Source: an uncultured Lachnospiraceae bacterium (lineage in GTDB: Bacteria; Bacillota; Clostridia; Lachnospirales; Lachnospiraceae). Taken from it: 40,095 bases of DNA. A program made the translations under genes and the position numbers. The DNA is taken from assembly GCA_947177925.1 (NCBI GenBank), contig CAMWWJ010000001.1, forward strand, positions 1 through 40,095, written 5' to 3'. Every line of letters begins with the position of its first letter. Position 1 is the stretch's first letter. The notes below the pieces were generated by a model. The model was given only the letters and a program-made list of their open reading frames with translations, made no database searches and was not told the origin of the DNA. Positions 1 to 9,191 of this stretch are shown piece by piece.

Positions 1-111
1 GAACTGTCATGAATAATATTTTTTCACTTCAAAAATAAAGGAATTCGTGACATCCCTATTAGGAATCAGAAAAAAGTTACGATGTATTAAATAGAAATCA
101 AGAAGGGAAAA

Positions 112-822
112 GTGATTCATATGTTAAAGGAAACAAGCAATATGTATACCAGTCAACCATCATTTCGTACCTGTTCAAACAAAGACGGCATACATGATTC
201 ATCCCTGCCGGAGCACAATACTAATACAGCGAAATCAGAATATAAAAATGTATCGGAATATTCTGCTTATCTGCAGGAAAAATATAAGTTTCTTAACAGA
301 CAGACGTCCATGCATGGAGTGCCGGTAACGGTAAATGTTTCGGAAGCTTTTTTGAAAAAATGCCTGAATGATCCGGAAAAAATGAAGTTTCTGGAAAGCA
401 ATCTGGCGGTGATTCCGGATTGTGTAAAAAGTGCTGTTAATTTTACTAAGACCATGGCGGGAAGCCCCACAATGACTTATGCCAGCTATTCCATAGATGC
501 CAATGGGAATATTTCCTGTATGAGTGGCTGTACCAATGACCCGGATGGAAAGATTGCGCGGGAGAATGCCCAAAAAAGGGCAGAGGAAAAAAAGGCGGAA
601 GAAAAAAAGGCCGCAAGGAGACGGGAAGAGAAAAAAGCGAGAGAAAAGAAAGCGGAGGAAAGAATGGCTGAAAAAAGGGCCATGAAAGAAAGTCAATATA
701 CAGTGGCAGTAAGGGGAGATCATGTGGAAAGCATTACCTTAAACCTTATGGACAGAATAAGTTCTTCCTGCAGCATAGTGCCTCCCACTGCGGAGTTAGC
801 GGGATTTGATGCAAAAGCGTAA
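112..822 (+). CDS. hypothetical protein with a Lys/Glu/Arg-rich low-complexity segment
   Basis: 236-aa ORF containing the charged repeat AEEKKAEEKKAARRREEKKAREKKAEE. No catalytic motif recognised. An alternative ATG lies at 121. Confidence 0.45.
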   Translation: MIHMLKETSNMYTSQPSFRTCSNKDGIHDSSLPEHNTNTAKSEYKNVSEYSAYLQEKYKFLNRQTSMHGVPVTVNVSEAFLKKCLNDPEKMKFLESNLAVIPDCVKSAVNFTKTMAGSPTMTYASYSIDANGNISCMSGCTNDPDGKIARENAQKRAEEKKAEEKKAARRREEKKAREKKAEERMAEKRAMKESQYTVAVRGDHVESITLNLMDRISSSCSIVPPTAELAGFDAKA

Positions 823-856
823 TTGCATGATTACATTATAGTAGAAAGGGGCCGTC

Positions 857-982
857 ATGAATCATCCTATCGAAACCAATTATGTGCCGGAAGCCTCCGG
901 ACATTATGTGGCAGGCAGCAAAAAGAAAATAAATACCACATTTGCGGATAAGTTGAATGAAAAAACGGCTGTTTCCACTTAA
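857..982 (+). CDS. small hypothetical ORF (41 aa, MNHPIETNYVPEASGHYVAGSKKK...)
   Basis: ATG preceded by AAAGGGG 6 nt upstream. It is too short to appear in the ORF track and has no recognisable homology. Confidence 0.2.
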   Translation: MNHPIETNYVPEASGHYVAGSKKKINTTFADKLNEKTAVST

Positions 983-985
983 AAT

Positions 986-1540
986 TTGACTTTAGGAGAA
1001 TATAATATATATTTCCATGAAAAAGTATACCGTCTTTCTATCCATTCCTCCCAGAAAAAGATGGAGTGGATGATAGAAATAACGGATAGGGCTTACGAGA
1101 GAATGAAGAACGATCCGGAATATGAAAAAAGGGTATTAGAGGCTATAGCCAGATGCAAAGCGATGGATTTTGGAAGTGGAGTACCGCTGATTGCTTATAT
1201 CCATATAGACGATACATGGGAAGGATGTCATATATATACCGGAGGAATCAGGGAAAATCATTTTGGTAAGTCTCAGTCGGAAATTGAGAGGGATATACGG
1301 GCAGAGAGGAAAAAACGAAGAAAAATGCTGTTAGAAGAGTACCTGAAAAAACAGGCGCAGGAAAAAAGAATTTTGAAAAAGCTATGGGATAAGGAAGTGG
1401 AGGAGAGAAAAATCGAAAGCAGCTGCCTGCTGCAGTCCTTTAGCAGAAAAAGGCAGATGAAACAGGCAGTTGATGCTTATGAGGCGGAAGCCGTGATAGA
1501 AACCATGGATTTTTGTATTTCCAGATGTGGGAAGCATTGA
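986..1540 (+). CDS. hypothetical protein
   Basis: 184-aa ORF with a TTG start and no obvious RBS, so the true start may be the internal ATG (MEWMIEITD...). No motif recognised. Confidence 0.4.
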   Translation: MTLGEYNIYFHEKVYRLSIHSSQKKMEWMIEITDRAYERMKNDPEYEKRVLEAIARCKAMDFGSGVPLIAYIHIDDTWEGCHIYTGGIRENHFGKSQSEIERDIRAERKKRRKMLLEEYLKKQAQEKRILKKLWDKEVEERKIESSCLLQSFSRKRQMKQAVDAYEAEAVIETMDFCISRCGKH

Positions 1541-1636
1541 TGATATGTGTGGGACGTAAAAAGTGCGGCACTATTTTGATACTAATATATAGATGAATAA
1601 AAAAGAATAATTGGATATGAATAGATGTAGGCAGTC

Positions 1637-1685
1637 GTCTGCTCTTTGATTAGAGCAGGTGGCTTTTTTCGTTCTGATACATAGC
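1637..1685 (+). repeat. copy 1 of a ~49-nt terminator-like repeat (partner at 34809..34857)
   Basis: cgtctgctctttgattagagcaggtggcttttttcgttctgatacatagc aligns with the second copy at roughly 43 of 49 positions. Differences inside the stem keep pairing (G-U or compensated). Confidence 0.65.
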
Positions 1686-1775
1686 TCCCATCGATATTTT
1701 ACCCCGTTATCTATGGTGCAGATGAAAGCGGGGACTGGACTGTTACAAATATTGGACGGTGAAAGGAAAAACCAA

Positions 1776-1805
1776 TTGACAAAAAAAGTACTACGTGTTT
1801 ATAAT
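1776..1805 (+). promoter_or_regulatory. sigmaA-type promoter candidate (TTGACA-N18-TATAAT)
   Basis: TTGACA at 1776-1781 and TATAAT at 1800-1805, about 100 nt upstream of the tcdA-like start. Confidence 0.4.
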
Positions 1806-1841
1806 AAAACATATAGGTTTACTAGGAAAATAAAAAGACTT

Positions 1842-1868
1842 GTGGATGGATAGCATCCGCTGTTTTTA
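1842..1868 (+). terminator. hairpin plus T-run in the leader of the tcdA-like operon
   Basis: GTGGATG/CATCCGC stem (one G-U pair), 5-nt loop, followed by TGTTTTTAT. Confidence 0.35.
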
Positions 1869-1903
1869 TATGAAAAGAGTTAATATTTTTAGCTTGAGGA
1901 GAC

Positions 1904-2674
1904 ATGGAGATGTTGACACAGTTTTCAAGGACAGAATTATTGCTTGGAAAAGAGGCGATGGAAAAATTATCCGGTTCAAAAGTTGCAATTTTTGGTATTG
2001 GCGGTGTAGGAGGATATGCCTGTGAAGCTCTTGTACGAAGTGGAGTTGGGGCATTTGATTTGATTGATGATGATAAGGTCTGTCTGACGAATCTGAATCG
2101 GCAGATTATAGCTACGCGAAAAACAGTAGGAAAATATAAGGCAGAAGTGATGAAAGAGAGGATACTTGAAATCAATCCAGATGCAGATGTAATCATACAT
2201 AAGAGTTTTTTCCTGCCTGAAAATGCAGATGAATTTCCTTTTGACGAATATGATTATATTGTGGATGCAGTAGATACGGTTACTGCTAAAATTGAACTTG
2301 TTATGAAGGCGCAGGAAAAAAATATACCTATTATCAGCAGTATGGGAGCCGGGAACAAATTAGATGGCAGCCAGTTTAAGGTTGCTGATATTTATAAAAC
2401 AAAAGTATGTCCTTTGGCGAAAGTCATGCGGAGGGAATTGAAAAAACGTGGTATAGAGAAATTAAAGGTTGTGTATTCGGAAGAAAAACCTACAAGACCA
2501 TTGGAGGATATGGCTATCAGCTGCAGGACAAACTGTATTTGTCCGCCCGGAGCAAAACATAAGTGTACAGAAAGAAGAGATATTCCGGGCAGCGTGGCAT
2601 TTGTGCCATCTGTGGCAGGATTGATTCTTGCAGGTGAAGTAGTAAAAGACCTGTGTAGGGTAGAAATGGGGTAG
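1904..2674 (+). CDS. tcdA: ThiF/HesA-family tRNA threonylcarbamoyladenosine dehydratase (TcdA/CsdL-like)
   Basis: N-terminal GIGGVGGYACEALVRSGVGAFDLIDDDKVCLTNLNRQ dinucleotide fold typical of TcdA. GAGGAG RBS upstream. Confidence 0.75.
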   Translation: MEMLTQFSRTELLLGKEAMEKLSGSKVAIFGIGGVGGYACEALVRSGVGAFDLIDDDKVCLTNLNRQIIATRKTVGKYKAEVMKERILEINPDADVIIHKSFFLPENADEFPFDEYDYIVDAVDTVTAKIELVMKAQEKNIPIISSMGAGNKLDGSQFKVADIYKTKVCPLAKVMRRELKKRGIEKLKVVYSEEKPTRPLEDMAISCRTNCICPPGAKHKCTERRDIPGSVAFVPSVAGLILAGEVVKDLCRVEMG

Positions 2675-2681
2675 CATTGAT

Positions 2682-3812
2682 ATGGGTATTTCCGTGAAAG
2701 AACTAAAGGAGCTGGATGAAAGTAGTTATCAAATCATAGATATTCGTGATCAGATAGAGATTACTCATGGATCAATAGCAGGCGCTGTTGCAATAAAGCC
2801 GGAAGAAATTGAGAACAGCGAAAAAATAGATGTTTCTAAGAAGCTAATTATTTGTTGCAGCAGGGGCAAATTCAGTAATGAGGTAGCAGAGGATTTAAGG
2901 CAGAGGGGACTTAATGCGGAAAGTCTTGAAGGTGGATATATTGCATGGATTATGGATATTATGAGTGAGCCGCAGGAACTAAATAAGGCAAAAGATGTGG
3001 AGCAAAGCCTGCGAAAAAAATTCAAAAAGACAATCTGGTCGAGATTTACTAAGGCGATTAACACTTATGAATTAGTAAAACCAGAGGATGTTATAGCAGT
3101 TTGTATTTCTGGTGGAAAAGACTCCATGCTTATGGCAAAATGTTTTCAGGAACTAAAACTACATAATAAGTTTGATTTTGAGGTAAAGTTCCTTGTAATG
3201 GACCCAAGGTACAGTGCAGAGAATCGTAAAGTAATTGAAGAAAATGCAAAGAACCTGAATGTACCGATTACTGTATTTGAAACGGATATTTTTGATTCTG
3301 TATATCATGTGGAGAAATCACCCTGCTATCTATGTGCCAGAATGAGGAGGGGATATCTGTATCATTTCGCACAGGAATTAGGGTGCAATAAAATTGCATT
3401 GGGGCACCACTATGATGATGTGATTGAAACGATTCTCATGGGAATGCTTTATGGTGCACAGATACAGACAATGATGCCCAAGCTTCACAGCACAAATTTT
3501 GAAGGTATGGAACTGATACGTCCTTTGTATTTGGTCAGAGAAGATGATATCAAGGCATGGAGGGACTACAATGAACTTCATTTCATTCAGTGTGCCTGCA
3601 AGTTTACCGATACTTGCAGCACTTGTAATAATGAGGAAAACCGTTCCAAGAGAGTAGAAATAAAAGAACTGATAAAAACATTAAAGCAGGGAAATCCATA
3701 TGTGGAGGGAAATATTTTCAAGAGCGTGGAAAATGTGAATTTGGACACAGTAGTTGCGTACAAACAAAACGGTGAGAAACATTATTTTCTGGAAGGATAT
3801 GACAAGGAATGA
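2682..3812 (+). CDS. ttcA: rhodanese domain fused to a TtcA-type tRNA 2-thiocytidine PP-loop ATPase
   Basis: The N-terminal ~95 aa form a rhodanese domain with active-site loop CCSRGKFS. It is followed by the SGGKDS PP-loop, CYLCARMRRG and a later CAC/CSTC Cys cluster, as in Fe-S TtcA. Confidence 0.75.
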   Translation: MGISVKELKELDESSYQIIDIRDQIEITHGSIAGAVAIKPEEIENSEKIDVSKKLIICCSRGKFSNEVAEDLRQRGLNAESLEGGYIAWIMDIMSEPQELNKAKDVEQSLRKKFKKTIWSRFTKAINTYELVKPEDVIAVCISGGKDSMLMAKCFQELKLHNKFDFEVKFLVMDPRYSAENRKVIEENAKNLNVPITVFETDIFDSVYHVEKSPCYLCARMRRGYLYHFAQELGCNKIALGHHYDDVIETILMGMLYGAQIQTMMPKLHSTNFEGMELIRPLYLVREDDIKAWRDYNELHFIQCACKFTDTCSTCNNEENRSKRVEIKELIKTLKQGNPYVEGNIFKSVENVNLDTVVAYKQNGEKHYFLEGYDKE

Positions 3813-4534
3813 GCGATGGGAAAAGAAATAGCAGGCAAGTGATGAAAGATGCCTTCCTGAAATCCATTCCCATCATGTGCAGTTATCTGTTTGTAAGCAT
3901 GGCATATGGAATGATGATGGAAAATGCTGGATATCATTGGTATTATTCGTTCTTGGCAAGTATGACTATTTACACAGGTGCGTTTCAATTCGTGCTGATA
4001 ACTTTTTTGAGCAGTGGTGCATCCGTTATAACAATTATGATAACAGCGTTTTTGATGAACAGCAGACAGGCATTTTACAGTCTCTCCTTTTTAGACGTTT
4101 TTCGGGATATGGGAAAAAGAAAGTTGTATATGATTCACACCATGACAGATGAAACCTATGCGGTAAATTGTTCCATAGGCAATACAGAAAGTAAGAAAGA
4201 TATTATGTTTTTTGTAGCGATTTTCAGCAGGTGCTATTGGATGATTGGCGCTGTATTAGGCGGTGTGATTGGGCAGTTGCTTCCTTTTCTGATATTCAGA
4301 AATGACAATGACATCCCGGATATGATAAAACGGTTAGGAGAGATATTGCCGTCGGCTATCATGGCAATATTGATTGTTTACTGCTTAAAAGACGCAGGGA
4401 ATAACTTTATAGCAGATGGAATATGGAGATTGGTAGCGGTCTTGATTGTAGTGGTAAGTTATAAATGGAAACATAGCACTTTACTTAGTATTCTATTAGG
4501 AACAGTAAGCTATATGCTATTATTACATATTTAA
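3809..4534 (+). CDS. azlC: AzlC-family branched-chain amino acid permease whose C-terminus resembles AzlD (hybrid)
   Basis: The first ~165 aa look like AzlC (FLKSIPI..., MTDETYAV). After GQLLPF the sequence (LIFRNDNDIP...LGEILPSAIMAILIVYCLKD...WKHSTLLSILLGTVSYMLL) reads like the C-terminal two thirds of AzlD. Confidence 0.6.
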   Translation: MSDGKRNSRQVMKDAFLKSIPIMCSYLFVSMAYGMMMENAGYHWYYSFLASMTIYTGAFQFVLITFLSSGASVITIMITAFLMNSRQAFYSLSFLDVFRDMGKRKLYMIHTMTDETYAVNCSIGNTESKKDIMFFVAIFSRCYWMIGAVLGGVIGQLLPFLIFRNDNDIPDMIKRLGEILPSAIMAILIVYCLKDAGNNFIADGIWRLVAVLIVVVSYKWKHSTLLSILLGTVSYMLLLHI

Positions 4535-4550
4535 GATTGGAGATTTTGAT

Positions 4551-5375
4551 ATGGAACAGATAACAAGAGAACAGATGGAGAAATTAGAACATTTAAGAAG
4601 TTATTTAAAGAAACTGCATTCCGTAGCAGTGGCTTTTTCCAGTGGTGTGGACTCAACTTTTTTATTGAAGGTTGCCGCCGGTACATTGGGGGATAAAGTA
4701 ATTGCCGTGACAGCGAAATCCTGTTCTTTTCCAAAGCGGGAATTAAATGAGGCAGCATCGTTCTGTGAAAAGGAAGGAATCAGGCATTATGTGTGCGAAT
4801 CAGAAGAATTAAACATTGAAGGGTTTGCACAAAATCCAAAAAACCGCTGTTATCTTTGTAAAAAAGAACTTTTTGAAAAAATTCAAGTGATTGCTGATGA
4901 AAACCAGATGGAAAATATAGTTGAAGGCTCTAATCTGGACGATAATGGTGACTATCGCCCCGGACTTTTAGCAGTGGCAGAGCTTGGAATTAAGAGTCCG
5001 TTAAGGGAATGCCATTTAACAAAAGCGGATATCCGGGCATTGTCAAAATATCTGGAACTGCCGACATGGGAGAAACAATCTTTCGCATGTCTTTCCTCAC
5101 GTTTTGTGTATGGAGAAACGATTACAGAAGAAAAACTGGGTATGGTGGATAAAGCGGAGCAGCTTCTGCTGGATATGGGATTTCATCAGGTCCGAGTGCG
5201 CATTCACGGCAGGATGGCAAGGATTGAAATTGAGCCGGAAGAGTTTGGAAAGCTTATGGAGGAAAGAGCCAGAAATATAATTATAGAAAAGTTCAAGGAC
5301 TATGGATTTTCGTATATCTCAATGGATTTGATGGGATATCGAACAGGGAGTATGAATGAAACGCTTGATTTATAG
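4551..5375 (+). CDS. larE: LarE-like PP-loop ATP pyrophosphatase / sulfur transferase (copy 1)
   Basis: FSSGVDST PP-loop, CYLC (CxxC) plus ACLSSRF Cys, and a C-terminal ARIEIEPEE...MDLMGYRTGSMN typical of TIGR00268-type proteins. Confidence 0.7.
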   Translation: MEQITREQMEKLEHLRSYLKKLHSVAVAFSSGVDSTFLLKVAAGTLGDKVIAVTAKSCSFPKRELNEAASFCEKEGIRHYVCESEELNIEGFAQNPKNRCYLCKKELFEKIQVIADENQMENIVEGSNLDDNGDYRPGLLAVAELGIKSPLRECHLTKADIRALSKYLELPTWEKQSFACLSSRFVYGETITEEKLGMVDKAEQLLLDMGFHQVRVRIHGRMARIEIEPEEFGKLMEERARNIIIEKFKDYGFSYISMDLMGYRTGSMNETLDL

Positions 5376-5401
5376 CAATCGGGATCTGCAAGGAGGAACT
5401 T

Positions 5402-5722
5402 ATGAGAGAAAGAAAAATAGTATCATTGCTAATAATCGTAATAAACGTCATGGGAGTTATTTGTCTAATTTATTTTGCTATTCCATACCTTACTCATAGT
5501 GTTACGATATCATATCCTAATGCAATGTTACCTGCTGAGGCATGGGATAGAGCGGGCATGATATTGACGTTTGGCTTTGTTCCGCTTTTGATAGCGAATT
5601 TGTTAGGTCTTGTATTTATAAAAATAGAATTGAAGTTTATAAAATTCCTATTTCTGATTCCGAGCGTGACATGTTTTATTATAGTGGTAAGCTATTGGAT
5701 AACATCATTGACGTACGAATAG
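5402..5722 (+). CDS. small integral membrane protein, unknown function
   Basis: 106 aa with three or four hydrophobic spans. GGAGG RBS upstream. Confidence 0.5.
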   Translation: MRERKIVSLLIIVINVMGVICLIYFAIPYLTHSVTISYPNAMLPAEAWDRAGMILTFGFVPLLIANLLGLVFIKIELKFIKFLFLIPSVTCFIIVVSYWITSLTYE

Positions 5723-5766
5723 AAAATTCCAGTTTGCAGCTAAAAATTAAAAAGGTGTAAATGAAG

Positions 5767-5790
5767 AAGCAGCTATCTGGCTGCTTTTTG
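5767..5790 (+). terminator. rho-independent terminator
   Basis: AAGCAGC/GCTGCTT stem, 6-nt loop, followed by TTTG. Confidence 0.6.
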
Positions 5791-5908
5791 TATTGTTAAA
5801 AGCTATAACCATCTAAAGGAAAAAAGAATTATGCAAAAGTTGTCTTTGGTAGTATAGTATATAAAGTATATTTACATACTATATTGATAGGAATAATAGG
5901 AGAATGAA

Positions 5909-6820
5909 ATGACATTAGTTCAATTAAAATATGCGATTACGGTAGCAGGGCAGAATTCATTGAATGATGCAGCAAAGGTACTTTTTATATCTCAGCCAAG
6001 CCTTTCCTCGGCAATCCGCTCATTGGAGAACGAGGTAGGGTTTGATATATTCATACGGTCTAAAAATGGGATTACTTTGACAACAAAGGGCGCAGAATTT
6101 ATTGGATATGCAAAATCCGTGATGGAACAGTATGAGCTATTAGACGCAAAATATATTTCACACACAGAGGTAAAAAAGACATTCAGCGTATCTATGCAGC
6201 ATTACACGTTTGCGGTAAATGCATTTGTAGAACTTGTGAAGCAGTATGGAATGGATGAGTATGAATTTGAAGTGCATGAGACAAAAACCCATGAAGTCAT
6301 TGAGAATGTCAAGAACCGCAAAAGCGAAATCGGCATTCTATATCTGAATGATTTTAACAGGAATGTATTAAATAAGTTGTTTGCGGAGTATGAACTACAG
6401 TTTGAGCCATTGCTGGAATGCGGTGTATATGTATATATGTGGAAAGGGCATCCGCTGGCAGAAAGGGATGAAATAGCATTAGAGGAGCTGGATGAGTACC
6501 CATGCCTTGGATTTGCACAAGGGGAGCACAATTCTTTCTACTTTGCAGAAGAGGTTTTAAGTACCTACCAGTATAAAAGATTCATCCGTGCCAATGATAG
6601 GGCTACTTTGTTAAATCTTATGGTTGGATTGAACGGATATACTTTATGCTCTGGTATTTTATGTGAAGAACTGAATGGAAAGGATTATTGTGCCGTAAAA
6701 CTGAAATCAGATGAAAAGATGACGATCGGATATATTTCAAGGAAAGACGCACCAGTCAGTGCGATAGGACAGAAATATCTGGAGGAAATGGCAAAATATA
6801 AGGATAAATCTTTAGGTTGA
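5909..6820 (+). CDS. LysR-family transcriptional regulator (paralog of 18847..19752)
   Basis: N-terminal wHTH MTLVQLKYAITVAGQNSLNDAAKVLFISQPSLSSAIRSLE. The C-terminal substrate-binding domain is alignable with the second LysR in the window. Confidence 0.85.
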   Translation: MTLVQLKYAITVAGQNSLNDAAKVLFISQPSLSSAIRSLENEVGFDIFIRSKNGITLTTKGAEFIGYAKSVMEQYELLDAKYISHTEVKKTFSVSMQHYTFAVNAFVELVKQYGMDEYEFEVHETKTHEVIENVKNRKSEIGILYLNDFNRNVLNKLFAEYELQFEPLLECGVYVYMWKGHPLAERDEIALEELDEYPCLGFAQGEHNSFYFAEEVLSTYQYKRFIRANDRATLLNLMVGLNGYTLCSGILCEELNGKDYCAVKLKSDEKMTIGYISRKDAPVSAIGQKYLEEMAKYKDKSLG

Positions 6821-6835
6821 TCAGGAGGAATTATT

Positions 6836-8002
6836 ATGGCAAGAGGAATTGAAACAAAATGTCTGCATTTGGAAGAAGAAGAGGGATGCAGCAGCAATTA
6901 TGGGGCTGTGAGCTATCCGATTTACCAGACAGCAACCTATGCACATTTGGGCGTGGGTAAAAGCACAGGATATGATTACAGCAGGTTGCAGAACCCTACA
7001 AGGGAGCATTTGGAAAAGGTGGTGGCAACGCTGGAAAATGGATTAGATGCATTGGCATTTTCAACAGGGATGGCAGCAATTACTTTGATGATGGAGCTGT
7101 TTCATCCGGGGGACCATCTGATTGTGGATGCAGACCTTTATGGGGGGAGCATAAGGCTTTTTCATAATGTATCAGAGAAAAACGGAATTACATTCTCAAG
7201 TATTGACTGCTATAAAGAAGATGTGGAAAGTTATATTAGTGAAAATACGAAGGCAATTTACATTGAGACACCCACCAATCCCATGATGAATGTGACAGAT
7301 ATAGAGGCGATTGGGGAGATAGCAAAAAAGCATAATTTGCTTTTGATCGTTGACAATACTTTCCTTTCGCCTTATTTTCAGAATCCGTTGGATTTAGGTG
7401 CGGATATTGTTGTACATAGCGGGACGAAATATCTTGGCGGCCATAATGATACGCTGGCAGGTTTTCTGGTGACAAACAGGGAGGATATCAGTGAGAAGTT
7501 CCGGTTTTTAATTAAGACGACAGGATCAGGGCTTGCACCGTTTGACAGCTGGCTCATTCTTCGTGGAATTAAGACACTTGGCATCCGTATGGAGAAGTCA
7601 CAGCAAAATGCGGCAGCCATTGCAAATTGGTTAAAACAGCAAAATGCAGTGACGAAGGTAATCTATCCGGGACTGCCTACGCATCCGGGATATGAAATTA
7701 TGAAAAAGCAGGCAAGAGGATTTGGAGCGATGCTTACATTCCAGCTTGAAAGCAGAGAATTTGCATTGGCGATTTTAGAGAAAGTCCGTATGATCAAGTT
7801 TGCAGAAAGTCTTGGAGGTGTAGAAACGCTGATTACTTATCCGACAACACAGACACATGCGGATGTGCCAAAAGAAATCAGGGAAAAAAATGGGATTACA
7901 GAAAGCACACTCAGGCTTTCTGTTGGAATTGAGGATGTAAAGGATTTGCTGAATGAACTGGACAGCATTTTTAAGGAGATAGAAGGTGAATTACATGGCT
8001 GA
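6836..8002 (+). CDS. Cys/Met-metabolism PLP enzyme (cystathionine gamma-synthase / gamma-lyase / beta-lyase family)
   Basis: YSRLQNPTR motif and the PLP-lysine motif HSGTKYLGGHND. Length is 388 aa. Confidence 0.85.
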   Translation: MARGIETKCLHLEEEEGCSSNYGAVSYPIYQTATYAHLGVGKSTGYDYSRLQNPTREHLEKVVATLENGLDALAFSTGMAAITLMMELFHPGDHLIVDADLYGGSIRLFHNVSEKNGITFSSIDCYKEDVESYISENTKAIYIETPTNPMMNVTDIEAIGEIAKKHNLLLIVDNTFLSPYFQNPLDLGADIVVHSGTKYLGGHNDTLAGFLVTNREDISEKFRFLIKTTGSGLAPFDSWLILRGIKTLGIRMEKSQQNAAAIANWLKQQNAVTKVIYPGLPTHPGYEIMKKQARGFGAMLTFQLESREFALAILEKVRMIKFAESLGGVETLITYPTTQTHADVPKEIREKNGITESTLRLSVGIEDVKDLLNELDSIFKEIEGELHG

Positions 8003-9176
8003 AAGAAATCTTGATTTTAACAGGATTATAAACAGAAGAGGTACAAGAAGCCTGAAATATGATTTTGCAAAAAGGCGTGGAATGCCGGAAGATGTACTGC
8101 CGTTGTGGGTGGCGGATATGGATTTTGAAACTTCTTCTTATATCGAGGATGCCTTGATAGAGCGGGCAAGGCATGGAATCTTTGGATACAGTGAGGTCCA
8201 GAAACCATATTTTGAGATTATAAGGGCATGGATGAAGAGGCATCATGACTGGGAAGTACAGGAAAAATGGCTGGTAAAAACACCAGGGGTTGTATTTGCA
8301 CTGGCAATGGCAGTAAAGGCATATACAAAACCGGGAGACGGCGTGCTGATCCAATTACCGGTATATTACCCATTTTCAGAAGTGATAGAAGACAATGGGA
8401 GAAAAGTGGTAAGCAACACGTTATATCTGGGGGAGGATAATCGTTATCATATTGATTTTGACGATTTTGAAAAAAAGATTACGGAGGAAAAGATTAAGCT
8501 GTTTTTCTTATGCAATCCGCACAATCCGGTGGGAAGAGTCTGGACAAGGGAGGAGCTGACCAAGTTGGGTGATATCTGTGTGAAGCAACATGTCATTGTG
8601 GTCAGTGATGAAATCCATCAGGATTTTGTATTTAAAGGAAAACATCTTGTCTTTGCAAATCTGAAAAAAGAATATGAGGATATCAGCATTGTCTGTACCT
8701 CACCAAGTAAGACCTTTAACCTCGCCAGTATGATGATGTCAAACATTTTTATTCCGAACCGTGATTTAAAGCATAGGTTCCGTAAGGAATTGGATGCTGC
8801 AGGCACGAGCCAGCTCGGCGTTATGGGGCTTGTTGCATGTGAAGCCGCATACAGTAAGGGGGAGGAGTGGTATCAGGCAATGCTCTCCTATGTGGCAGAT
8901 AACATAGCGTTTACCAAAAGATATGTGGAAGCAAATCTGCATGGTGTACGCATGGTAGAACATGAGGGAACCTACCTTGTCTGGCTTGATTTCAGGGAGA
9001 CCGGACTTAGTACAGATGAACTGGAGAAACTGATGGTACATAAGGCAAAGCTGTGGCTTGACAGTGGAAAAATATTTGGGGAGAGTGGAAGAGGATTTCA
9101 GAGAATCAATGTCGCCTGTCCCCGGAGTGTGCTGTCAGAAGCATTGGAAAGAATCAGAAAAGCAATACAGGAATAG
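7986..9176 (+). CDS. patB: PatB/MalY-type C-S lyase (class I/II aminotransferase fold, cystathionine beta-lyase)
   Basis: NRRGTRSLKYD N-terminal signature and the SPSKTFNLAS PLP-lysine motif. It overlaps the upstream gene by 17 nt. Confidence 0.8.
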   Translation: MNYMAERNLDFNRIINRRGTRSLKYDFAKRRGMPEDVLPLWVADMDFETSSYIEDALIERARHGIFGYSEVQKPYFEIIRAWMKRHHDWEVQEKWLVKTPGVVFALAMAVKAYTKPGDGVLIQLPVYYPFSEVIEDNGRKVVSNTLYLGEDNRYHIDFDDFEKKITEEKIKLFFLCNPHNPVGRVWTREELTKLGDICVKQHVIVVSDEIHQDFVFKGKHLVFANLKKEYEDISIVCTSPSKTFNLASMMMSNIFIPNRDLKHRFRKELDAAGTSQLGVMGLVACEAAYSKGEEWYQAMLSYVADNIAFTKRYVEANLHGVRMVEHEGTYLVWLDFRETGLSTDELEKLMVHKAKLWLDSGKIFGESGRGFQRINVACPRSVLSEALERIRKAIQE

Positions 9177-9191
9177 AGAGGCAGATTTGCA

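Noticed and set aside
38-70. Second CymR-like box near the window start (AAAGGAATTC ... CCTATTAGGAAT)
   Set aside because: There are two mismatches in the most conserved ATMGGAATTW part. The shared 9-mer CCTATTAGG with the cysK leader is not statistically meaningful at this window size.
1659-1853. 64-aa ORF overlapping the 49-nt repeat and the tcdA promoter
   Set aside because: It starts inside the terminator-like repeat, runs across the promoter candidate, and has no RBS or recognisable motif. It is probably non-coding.
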